A DNA stretch of 64,000 bases, filler included, from Hyphochytrium catenoides (taxonomy: Eukaryota > Protista > Hyphochytriomycota): assembly GCA_900088475.1 (NCBI GenBank). It is 10 parts of 10 records of this genome, joined end to end, with 100 filler letters (N's around TTAATTAATTAA, not from the genome) between each part and the next. Parts side by side here need not be neighbours in the genome. Positions count along the whole stretch, not along the records: positions 53,616 to 57,642 come from FLMG01002727.1; positions 57,743 to 59,845 come from FLMG01001237.1; positions 59,946 to 62,757 come from FLMG01002975.1; positions 62,858 to 64,000 come from FLMG01000542.1; 6 more parts are not named here. One strand, given 5' to 3'. The translations under genes were made by a program, and so were the position numbers. Under the pieces are notes generated by a model, which did not search any database, was not told the origin of the DNA, and saw only the letters and a program-made list of their open reading frames with translations. Below are positions 53,733-64,000 of this stretch, in pieces (position 1 is the first letter of the stretch; each line of letters begins with the position of its first letter).

Positions 53733-53815
53733 GCGGACGAACAAATCGGAAAAAAAATTCTGCACCGCCTGACGCAAAAACCTAAACAAAAAAGCTTCGC
53801 CCTTCGGGCTCGCCA
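53616..53815 (+). mobile_element. Possible Helentron/HINE-like 3' end
   Basis: (CAGA)n microsatellite at about 53697-53733 and a terminal GC hairpin in cgcccttcgggctcg; it abuts and truncates the LTR stub at 53816. Confidence 0.3.
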
Positions 53816-54130
53816 ATGAAGTAAGACTCAGATAGTCCATACTTCAACACCTCCCCGCAGTTCCAATGTCTGTAGGTAAGAAAGATTGAGGGGTTCGATG
53901 CTGAGAGAGAGGATAGTCATATGGTGGGTATGTTGGGTACTATTCCTGGCTGGGGGAGTAAGGCTTGGAACAGTGGAATCAATAGTGCCTTGGTAAGCAT
54001 ATCAGCGGTGATATCCTTGGATGGACAGTAGGTGATCCTTAGGACATTGCGGTTGACTTTGTCGCGGATAACACAATGTTTGACATCGACGTACTTGGAC
54101 TTTAGTCTTGGCATTCTTTGGCATATAGTG
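53816..54130 (-). mobile_element. Ty1/copia RNase H C-terminus + PPT + 34-bp LTR stub (left arm of palindrome)
   Basis: KSKYVDVKHCVIRDKV..ITYCPSKDITADMLTKAL; gcggggagg followed by TGTTGAAG; reverse complement of about 57065-57377. Confidence 0.9.
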
Positions 54131-56822
54131 TGGGCCCATAACCTGTTGGATTTGTATGGGATGATTGGACAATGTCATTAGATGAGAGTGCTCTACCTAT
54201 AAGCCCAACGGGGGTCCCATAAACTAGAGCTATGCTGACTATGCCAACTATTCCTAATCTAGTCTAGGATATGGAGTTATAGAGATATCCCTGTCTAGAA
54301 TAGTCAGTCCTGGAGGTATCCTGGGGTACTGACCATAAGCCATAGATATAAACAGGGACATTTCGTTTGCTTCATATCTCGGCTTCTTCTACTGGGAGTT
54401 TGGAGCTGAAACTTTGGTAGTTAAGCTTGCCAGCTAGTAGGCCACATAGCTGTGCCCTCAGACTCCAACACCTCCCCGCAGCTCGAACTCCCTATTGTGA
54501 AGGGTCGAAGCTGAACCTTCAACACCTCCCCGCATGCTGTAGACCCGCTAGAAAGAGATTACTTGGTTCTTGGGTTTCCATTGCAAACATTTCTCGATGT
54601 ACGATGAACAGCGTGGTTGGCGAGATGTGGTTTCCTTAGCGTCTCTGATAAACGCGTCGAGATCTCCAGAAACTTGCACAATGTCTGATTGCTTCAGTGC
54701 TAGATAGAAAGAATGGAGAGTATTGTTAGCAGCGTCAAGCTTTTCTTGATTTAGAGCCTGCGTATTGCTTAATTGTCCTTCATTTGGATCGTTAAAACCT
54801 TGATGTTGGTTGACTCCTGTCCGTGCTTCTTCTTCGGAAAGAGATAGTTTGGTTGGTTGTTGAGATGTTTCCTTAGTGGTGAGCTGGTTTTGTTCTTCAG
54901 TTCTTCTCAGTAGTTCCTTGACTGCTTCACGATAAGAAGTCTTCTTCTTTGATGAAGATAGATCAATAATTTTCTTCAAAGCTTTTGACAGATTCTGCTT
55001 AGAGCGTGATTTCCAGAAAGACGGTCTGTGATGAGCGTTCTGCTCGAGTTCCCAGCATTTCTCCGAAGGATGGCTGCGACTTCCGCAAAATGCGCACACC
55101 GGCCATTGGTCGCGAACTTTAATGTTTGATGATGATGGTGATGACCCTGGATGAGCCTCGTTCTTGGTCTCGTGATGACGGTGATGATGATGAGGTTCCC
55201 TTATCGTTTGTTGATGTAGAGTGTATGCTGCAAAGCCTTCTTCTTCATCATAACTCTTGTTGGTAGTGCGCATAGCACGTCTTCGGTGTTGTTCTCCGAT
55301 AAGAATATCATCTATGGCACTTGCACATAACTCCCCTGTTCCACGCACTTGGTTGGCTTGAGCAATACCTTCATATGAGGGTGGAAGGGCCATAAGTACT
55401 GCGGCTTTGTAGAGATTGTCGTAGAAATCTTTCTTCTCCATCATTTCTCGAAGTAAATCAAGCTTTCTTCTCTGCTCGCAAAGGAAGAGGCTTATGTCTT
55501 GTTCTTCATCTGCCTTTGCCGATAAGAAGGAGGTAAGAGTAGTCACAATGTTGTTTGCGCTTCTGCTCTCAAAATATTCTTCCAATCTGAGCCAAGCTTC
55601 TCTCGCAGTTCCTCTACGAGGGAGAAGTGGAGTAATGTTGTCAGCCACTGCCAAAACAATCTTGTTGAACGCCCTTTTGTCATTCTTCAGCCAAGAAGAC
55701 TGCATCGTAGCCCTAGACGTAGACATGGACTTGTTCTTTGAGGAGATATCAGGGGATGTTGGCTCCCGTCAACATGATGAAGAAGGGTTCAGTTCATCGA
55801 GATAAGCCTCCATTTTCAATCGCCAAACAGGGTAGTCCTCCATCCCTTGTAGCTTTGATATCGTAACCAGCAAAGAGCTCATTATGTTGATGATTCTGGG
55901 GGCTTGAAATAGGTCTTGATGATGAGAATGGAAAGAGAAATGGACAATAGTAGACTTTGTGTCCGTAGGATTTGATGTTCTTCTTGCCTTGATAAATGGG
56001 ACGATATCTCCAAAACGAGGCGGTTTCAGAAGAAAATAATAGCACCAATGAACTAAGCGATGCCGATTTACCCCCTGTCACTCTTTGAAAGCTCCGAAAA
56101 GAGTTGATTTTGGGCCGAGATCGTGCTTGAAACTTTCCCTTTTAAAAGTGCTCGTATGGTTGAAATTTTCGGTGGAGGGGTTGAAATTTATACCGAAATT
56201 TTGGATGAACCTTTCCAATGTTTCGAACGCTTCCTCGAAGTTTCGTTGAAATATTTGCGAAAGTTTCGATGAACCAGGATTGACGGTAGCGGCTATATAA
56301 CCGTACAGTTAGCCGGTACTGGCCTAGTTGTTATGTCCGCCGGCGAGACCGGGTAGCCGTTATTGCCCAGTGGAGCTCGTTGGCTGCTCCAGGGGACCGA
56401 CATGACCTTGATCTCGATCGGGATCGCAATGGTCCAGTGGTTGGCTCAGAGGCCTCAGAACAAGTTTCCGAGTCCTGGGGGACGCGTGGGCCCATAACCT
56501 GTTGGATTTGTATGGGATGATTGGACAATGTCATTAGATGAGAGTGCTCTACTTATAAGCCCAACTGGGGTCCCATAAACTAGAGCTATTCTGACTATGC
56601 CAACTATTCCTAATATAGTCTAAGATATGGAGTTATAGAGATATCCCTGTCTAGAATAGTCAGTCCTGGAGGTATCCTGGGTACTGACCATAAGCCATAG
56701 ATATAAACAGGGACATTTCGTTTGCTTCATATCTCGGCTTCTACCGGGAGTTTGGAGCTGAAACTTTGGTAATCAAGCTTGCCAGCTTGTAGGCCACATA
56801 GCTGTGCCCTCGGACTCCGACA
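54131..56822 (-). mobile_element. Gag-only (TR-GAG-like) non-autonomous Ty1/copia LTR element
   Basis: LTRs 56500-56822 and 54144-54470 (TG..CA, about 96% identical by eye), PBS GGTTATGGGCCCAC 56486-56499, PPT 54471-54479, TSD ATAGT(G) at 54125-54130 and 56823-56828; no pol motifs seen between the LTRs. Confidence 0.92.
54548..55882 (-). CDS. gag: Copia-type Gag with CCHC zinc knuckle; one in-frame TGA at codon 38
   Basis: ISKLQGMEDYPVWRLKMEAYL, TAREAWLRLEEYFE, VLMALPPSYE, CAFCGSRSHPSEKC; TGA at 55769-55771. Confidence 0.88.
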
Positions 56823-56889
56823 ATAGTGACGGTGCTTTTGTTGATTGGGATGCTTCTACAGCTCCTGCTGCGGGTAATTCGGCACCGGT

Positions 56890-57642
56890 GCTTTCGCTCG
56901 AAAATGCAAAAGCAAGAGATTGTATCATCTTCGACAACAGAAGCTGAGTGCATTTCTCTGTGGACAGGATCCAAACACGCAGAACATATAACCTCTTTAT
57001 TAAGTGAAATCAGTTTCCCGCAAGCAGGAGCTGTAGAAGCATTCTAAGACAACAAAAGCACCGTCACTATATATGCAAGTGCCAAGACCAAAGTGCAAAT
57101 ACGTCGATGTCAAACATTGTGTTATCCGCGACAAAGTCAACCGCAATGTCCTAAGGATCACCTACTGTCCATCCAAGACATCACCGCTGATATCCTTACC
57201 AAGGCACTACCGATTCCACTGTTCCAAGCCTTACTCCCCCAGCTAGGAATAGTACCCCACATACCCACCATATGACCATCCTCTCTCTCAGCATCGAACC
57301 CCTCAATCTTTCTTACCTACAGACATCTGGAACTGCGGGGAGGTGTTGAAGTATGGACTATCTGAGTCTTACTTCATAGAACTAAGATGTACCAGACCAG
57401 CTGTCCAGGTTACAGTCCCACACTCCAAGTAAAAGCAAGAGATATGAAGGAAGAAGTGGACTCTAATGTTATCTATGGGTTACTACTAGGAGAGTACAGG
57501 TCCTCTCTATTAGGAATACTTTTTGATGAACTTTACAGAGCTGGGTGGCAATGCCTGAAGCTTCTGTATGAGCACAATCTAGATGAAACGATAAAAAAGG
57601 GACTTGGTATTGATCTGTGATGGAGATTTCTATGAATGATCA
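56890..57642 (+). mobile_element. Degenerate copia RNase H + PPT + second-family LTR (right arm)
   Basis: KQEIVSSSTTEAECISL, KYVDVKHCVIRDKV, ADILTKALP; PPT 57335-57343; LTR begins TGTTGAAG at 57344 and runs to the contig end. Confidence 0.88.
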
Positions 57643-57750
57643 NNNNNNNNNNNNNNNNNNNNNNNNNNNNNNNNNNNNNNNNNNNNTTAATTAATTAANN
57701 NNNNNNNNNNNNNNNNNNNNNNNNNNNNNNNNNNNNNNNNNNGGACGGGA

Positions 57751-57794
<44 letters not shown>

Positions 57795-57996
57795 TATTAG
57801 AGCACTGTCTCTACTGCCTCTTACACAGCCCTCATCTATATAACGAGAGGTCCTTGATTCAGGTTCTCTCTCTCTGCTATTATCTCTTCGTTTCTCTCCC
57901 TCGCTCCACCATTTATAGAGTACTTTTTCCTCTCTCTCTTTCTGACTTCTTTGCTTGGCTTCTCTCTCTTTCCCCACGCCACGCCAGCTTCCTCAC

Positions 57997-58182
57997 CATA
58001 TTTCTTAGGGATGATCATGGCGAAGAAGCCCTTCTGCTTCAGGAAATCCCAAACTTGCTTGGGAAAGTCTCTGTCGTCCATAATCTGATGATCATCCAGC
58101 ATCTCACACAGCTCTTTCACCTAATAAGAGAGAGAGCGAGACCGGGTTCAATAAGGCAGCAAGAACCGAGAGTGAGGGCAAC

Positions 58183-58213
<31 letters not shown>

Positions 58214-58518
58214 GTCTATCTAGGTTTCGCGGGAAGACAGAATGGGGACTCAGATGAACAAATGTCCCAAGAAAGAAACGGTAAACGATCTGAGAAGAAG
58301 GACAAAGGGTAGAGAGAGAGAGAGAGAGAGAAACAGGCAGAGAGAGAGAGAGAGATGTCCGTACCTCATTGTCCATAAATTTCTGCTCTTCAGGGGTAAG
58401 CTTTGCATCGTAAGTGTTCAGCAGCGCCTTCAATGACGGAGTCCCGGCAAAGATCTCGCGATCGAACCCCACGGTTCCGCTCTCCTATAAGACGGGTTAG
58501 GTCATATCCACCATGGAA

Positions 58519-58560
<42 letters not shown>

Positions 58561-58709
58561 AGAGAGCTAAGTACTCACCAGAGCAGCCTTTTCTGTGTCG
58601 GACATCCTGGGCATCATCTTCTTGGCAAGATTGTAGCCATAACCCCAGATGTAGCGCTGCTGGCCAGCCTAAAAGAGAGAATCACACAGCCGCGAACGAG
58701 TTAGCATTG

Positions 58710-58754
<45 letters not shown>

Positions 58755-58854
58755 GAAAGGGAGTATCTGTGCTTACCACGGCTGGCCGGAGTGCGACCTG
58801 TGCTGAGTTCCATGAGGCAGCCCTCAGAGCGTGCTTAGTGTTTCTGAGCAACAT
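57997..58854 (-). CDS. FadE-type acyl-CoA dehydrogenase, 5' part, with likely mitochondrial presequence
   Basis: MLLRNTKHALRAASW..|..AKKMMPRMSDTEKAAL|ESGTVGFDREIFAGTP..LTPEEQKFMDNE|VKELCEMLDDHQI..VWDFLKQKGFFAMIIPKKYG. Confidence 0.9.
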
Positions 58855-60159
58855 GTTTCCTTGTTTAGATCTGTTTCTCTCTCTCTCTCTCTCTCTCTTT
58901 TCTCGTCGTTTAAAGATTGAGACTCCAAGTCAGTGCGGTCCCAAGAAGGTGGAGAGAGCTTCTTGACTGTTGACTGGCCGGGAAGATTGAGGTCTGAGCT
59001 CTGAAGATTTAATTCGGGAAGATAGAGGTAACGCTCTAAGCAATTGACGTGGCTGGAGACTGAGGAGGAAGAGGGAGGGAAGGGCACAGAGAGAGAGAGA
59101 GAGCGAGAGAGAGAGAGAGGGAGAGACAGAGAGAGACAGAGAGAGAGAGAGACAGAGAGAGAGACAGAGAGACAGAGAGCGAGAGAGAGAGAGAGCAGAG
59201 AAAAAGGGGAGGGAAGATGAGTGGGAGAGGCAGAGAGAGAGAGAGGGAGAAAGAGAGAGGGGAGGAGAGAGAAAAAGAGAGAGACAGAGAGAGAGAGACA
59301 GAAAGAGAGAGAGAGAGAGATTGAAGTGCCACAGAAAAGGGGTGTTTTTGTGTGAAGTTGAGCAAGAACCGATGACGTCCACTGATTATCACTACTACTT
59401 CTCATACTCAGCTCTAAATGTCTTTCTCTATCTATTTTATAACCTTGGTTTATCAAACTCACTCTCTCTACCCATGATGATTGCGGCAATTATTATTGGC
59501 CTTGCACGTCAGGGCCAGCACGTCAACAACTGGGGATGTCCGGACAGTAGCTGTGTGTGAGTAAACAGTGTGTGTTTATTAAGCTTCTAACATGATAAAT
59601 GCTAACATTCGGGAACGGATACAGAGGAATGGGTTTGGTATGTGGTGTGTCTGGCAAAAGTAACGCCGACGGGTGGGATTCGCAAATGTAAGGTTGTTGA
59701 ATTTCGGAGTTTACAAGTATACTTCTTCTAATATACGTATATTTATACTTAGGATCTCCGAAATTTGTGGGATGGATAGGACAGCAGGAGTCTGGCTCTC
59801 CCAAAGGAGAAACACACGCTTACATCAGTCCTCTCTCTCTCTCTCNNNNNNNNNNNNNNNNNNNNNNNNNNNNNNNNNNNNNNNNNNNNTTAATTAATTA
59901 ANNNNNNNNNNNNNNNNNNNNNNNNNNNNNNNNNNNNNNNNNNNNTCTCTAGTCATTCAGTGAATGAGTGTCTACATATGGACAGACACATGTCTGGTAG
60001 CGCAGAGAAGAAAGGGTATTGAGATGAAGAGATAGACGCAAAAAGTTAGTAGCACGCAACGGTACCACCGTCTCCGCAAAATGTGCATGGTCCGCGCCTC
60101 TCTCTCTCTCTCTGTCTCCCTCTCTTCAGCTGTTCCTTATTTAGGTTCCCGTCTTCTTA

Positions 60160-60425
60160 CCTCATCGGTACATCTGCCGCTGCTCGTCTTCCCCCTTTCT
60201 GGGGACAACTTCCTTCCACAAAGTCTAGTAAGAAGAGGGAACAAATAAGAAAGTAAGAAAGCAGGATGCAGATAGAGAGATAAACAGAGAAAGGAAAGTA
60301 ATGGAAGGGAGGGAGTAGAGGATCCAAGGCCTAGAGGAGGACAGATTTGTACAATTATCTAAGCACGTCGAGAGACGTCCTCCTCCTCAGAAACCGCCTG
60401 ACTCCTTGTTCGACTGTGACAGGCG

Positions 60426-60476
<51 letters not shown>

Positions 60477-60611
60477 TTTTGTTTCTTCTCTCCCTCTCCC
60501 TCTCTAACCTCGCTGTAGTATGAGAAGGAGGAAGGTTGAGGACAAGCACACATACCAGTGCAGATCTGGGAATTGTCTACGGTCGGTGATATCTCGTCAT
60601 TTGCCAGGACT
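60160..60611 (-). CDS. Two exons of an unknown gene, possibly the start of a CCCH-type zinc finger
   Basis: Phase-1 join SWQNDEISPTVDNSQICT|DFVEGSCPQKRGKTSSGRCTDE, flanked by CT-rich intron-like sequence. Confidence 0.35.
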
Positions 60612-63600
60612 GGACACGTAGACGCATTCGAAGGGAAGAAGAGAGCGTGCTTCTTAAGCGTCTCTCTTCCTCTGTCGCTTCCTCAGCGACCAAGTCAGTG
60701 TCGCTCTATTCTTGCGCTAAGGATTCGTTCGGTTGAAGATAAAGAAAGAGAGAGGGTGAGAAAAGGGCGACGAGGAGGCCACAAATCCAAAGACTCAGAG
60801 TGCGTGGATCCAAAGGAGAGACTCTGTTCCTAGAAGATAGAAACAGCGAAAAGAAAGAGCGAGGCTCCTGGTGTTGGATGAAGAGAAGAGAAAAGAGAAG
60901 TCCCAGTGCTTGAAGAGCTTGCACGAGGGATGGATGGGAGAACGGATTGACGATGGATGGAGAGACGCAAGTGGTTGATGAGAAGTCCAGAGCCCAGGGA
61001 GAGCAACAGGATTCCTTAGATCCTCTCGTTTTCTCTCTCTTCGCTCCTTTCTCCTCTCCCACTTCTCTCCCTGCTGCCTGCCCTGCAGGGCTGTATGCGC
61101 CCTTCGGGTGGTCCTCTGACTGCGCACGCTTATGCGTTGCAACGCCAAGACAGAAAACGATTTTCTCTTTCGTCCTCGCCTCGTTGTGGAGGAGCAAGAA
61201 AAGCAGCTCTTTGGCGTCCTCTTTCTTCTCTTCGTCTGTTCTTTTGTCTTCTTTGTCTGGTTACCCTTTTCCAGGCTTCTTTCTGTGCCAATAGCAGGAG
61301 AGAGATGATCCTTTGTTCAACCTGCGTCCGTCGTTCCCTTTCTTACGCTGTTTCTGCCTCACTCCTTATTTGTTTCCAGTTCGCTCTGCGCACAAACGAT
61401 GCTCATTTTTTCAAGGTACTTGTGCGTCCAGGGCATTGCGGGGAGAAGGCAGAGAAGAAGCGCCTGTCAGTGGCTGCACTCTTTATCTGCTTGGGGAACA
61501 GCTCATCTTTCTTCTCTCTCTCTCTTTCTCTCCCTCTCACACAGTTCAATGCACAAAGACAGCGGTCCACTGACAACACCTAGTAATGCATGAGAGCAAG
61601 GTAGGGCGGCAGGTGGACAGAGGAGAAGATGACAAGAGAGAAACTCAACGACGAGAGAGAGAGGGAACAAGAGAGAGAGAAAACACTAGCTCAAGATAGA
61701 GTGCACTAGAGCAAGAGATGCGGGAATACTAGGAAAAGCAGCAAGAGTTTTTGAGGCGGAGAAGAGAGAGCGAAGGAGCGAAGGGAAGGAAAAGGAGAGT
61801 TAACAGGAGGAAGACCTAGCGAGCAAGTGGCAAGAAGTGGCTGATGGAAGAGACTATCCATACGCTAGACAGCGGCAGCCTGGAGGAGAAGCCGTTCCAA
61901 GTCAGTGCATAAATCAGATGCAACCTGCCTCCTTTTGCAGCTCCGCGCCCCACAATAGCCTCCAAGGAAGGAAATCCATTTTCCTCTTTTCGTTGTTCTC
62001 TCTTTTCTCCTTTGTACACCCCTCCTCTCTCTCTCTCTCTCTTGACCCTGATGAAGACACTGCGGGACGGGTCACAAAGGCTGCGAGTGCCAGCAGGACA
62101 AAGAGAGAGAGCGAGAGAAAGAAGACACAAGTTGATGGGAGGTGCTACGCTAGAGGGACCAAAAAAACGAGAGAGGTGAGACAGAGAGAGAAGAGAGCCT
62201 CTACATAGTTCTAATTAGAGAAGAAGAAGTGCGATGTCAAGGACTGGGGAAGGGGAAAGAGTCAACCGTGAGAGACTCTCCCATCTGTTTTCCTCCTGTC
62301 TCTCTCCTTCTCCCAACATATCGGACAAAGAGAGGAGCCATGTCCACCCCGGTCACCAGGAGAGAGAGTAGAACTACTCATACGATGCGACAGACGAGAA
62401 AGATAAAAAGAGAAGGGAAAGGGAGAGATGATGATGACGAAGTGGTCACGCTTTAAGCCCTGTACATGAAGAGAAAGCATAGAGAAAGAGTGCCGCAAGG
62501 GAATAGCCGAGAACGGGTACGTGGCAGGAAGTACAGAGAGCGAGAGACAGAGAGAGAGTAGAAAAAAGAGAGAGAGCGAGAGAGAAAAAAAGAAGAGCGA
62601 GCGAGGGGGAGGAAGGGTTGAGAGTTATTGACAGACAGGCATTCTGACCAAAGAACCACAAACCAGATTTTATTACCATGCAAATGATGGCTCTCCGCTC
62701 CTTTGCACTTCTCTCCTACCAACTCAGCTGCTCGCTTCGTTGAGACTTCTCTCTCTCNNNNNNNNNNNNNNNNNNNNNNNNNNNNNNNNNNNNNNNNNNN
62801 NTTAATTAATTAANNNNNNNNNNNNNNNNNNNNNNNNNNNNNNNNNNNNNNNNNNNNTGACTCCACCTGATGCGCAGCAAAGGTTGGCGTTCTGTTGGAG
62901 GGCCATTCCCGCCGCCGCTCTATCTACAACCTCGCAATACAATGAAGAGCACATGCGCGCAGCAGTAATGCTTCATCCCAACTAAAGAGCTTTTACTGCT
63001 ACCCTTGGAGCCAGACTTCAATGAGTAGCATAGCTGCCGTAGAAGGACTAGAACTATCACTGTTTTCAACCAAGAGGAGGAAGGGGATGAAAAATCTTCA
63101 GAAGAGAGGAGTCCAAAGTCCACAGCTTCAAAATTCGCTGTCGATGCCGATTCCTGTCTACGTTAGCGGCTAGGCCGTCCTAATGAAAGGAAGGCCCCTG
63201 TGCCCCTGTTATTATTATGGAAGACCATTTAGTCTATCGTATGCCCGTTACCCACTCTCACACAATTGATTACTAAAATATAGTGTTTCCTAGTAATCGA
63301 AGGCGCGGAGTGAGGGGCTTTTTGGATGGCTGGGTGGACGGAGCGGCGATGATCTTCAAGACAAAATCTGCAGATTTATCAGAGTTCAAGCACATGCAAG
63401 ATAGGTTCTCCGTTCTCCGTGCCATGTATAGGGATAGACCTCTGATCTAGGGGTTTATAGCAGCAGTACGCTACTCTTCGTTGTGCTCCACCTAGGCCTT
63501 GCTTTGCCAGATAGTTCACTTATTCCCCTAAGCCTTCTTTGCAGCATAGGCGTGGCGCGACGACGGATACTCTTTCCTTGTTCTTCTGTCCTTTGACTAG

Positions 63601-63700
63601 ATCCTATGTACTTAGTTCGGGTCTTCACTCTGAGGTCAAGGTCACATTGAGGCTCCTTTGGGCAAAGTGGTTCTCATCCGGGAGGAAAGGTGCTTGTAAC

Positions 63701-63965
63701 ATGACACCCACTGGACCTGCGGTTCATCCAGATTCTGCCTCATCAAGCGCTGCTGTTTCGGGGAAGGAAAATGGCACTACCCTGAGGCAAGCTAAACCGC
63801 TACCAATACTTCCTGTCCCTCTGGAAGAGCTTAGTGATGTCAGTGACACTGACCTGCTGGCCCCATCTAGCTCGAACGCTGGGAAGAGCAATCCCGCCAC
63901 GAGCAACGGGAAGGATGGCTCAACGCAAAATCCGAAGCGGGTCAAGGCAGAAGGAACACAAGCAG
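63701..63965 (+). CDS. Probable first exon of an unknown gene
   Basis: MTPTGPAVHPDSASS...NPKRVKAEGTQA followed by a GT donor and a pyrimidine tract; low complexity with NLS-like PKRVK. Confidence 0.4.
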
Positions 63966-64000
63966 GTTCGCCTATTTATCATCTCTCTCTCGTATAATGC

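Noticed and set aside
55769-55771. Stop-codon reassignment in this organism
   Set aside because: Host genes end normally in TAA, TAG and TGA, and their exons have no internal stops. In-frame stops occur only in TE or pseudogene sequence.

Overview
This window is not contiguous DNA. It consists of ten eukaryotic contigs joined by artificial 100-nt N-TTAATTAATTAA-N linkers, plus small N gaps. The genes are intron-dense with GT-AG splicing, and many introns carry sense-strand (CT)n microsatellite. Gene content suggests a flagellated protist, possibly a stramenopile (inference only). Genes spliced by hand: delta-COP, a Prx6-like peroxiredoxin, GMP reductase, a CBS-less KdsD/GutQ-type SIS isomerase, CDK10, a UBE3B/C N-terminus, CDV3-like, a WLM/Wss1 protease, TTC12-like, a CFA/CNMT-type methyltransferase and a FadE-type acyl-CoA dehydrogenase. 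Three things stand out. (1) About 40 phase-compatible exons over 18672-29889 join into one protein with EF-hands, a dsRNA-binding motif, ankyrin repeats, four WW domains, TRAF-type zinc fingers and a Gly-rich domain. (2) At 53.8-57.6 kb a gag-only Ty1/copia element appears to have integrated with an extra copy of its half-tRNA primer-binding site outside the 3' LTR, and it sits inside a fold-back palindrome made of a related copia RNaseH-PPT-LTR end. (3) An intronless, decayed GT4 glycosyltransferase lies between two outward-facing CRE-like non-LTR 3' ends. All exon models and domain calls were made by eye, without database searches.
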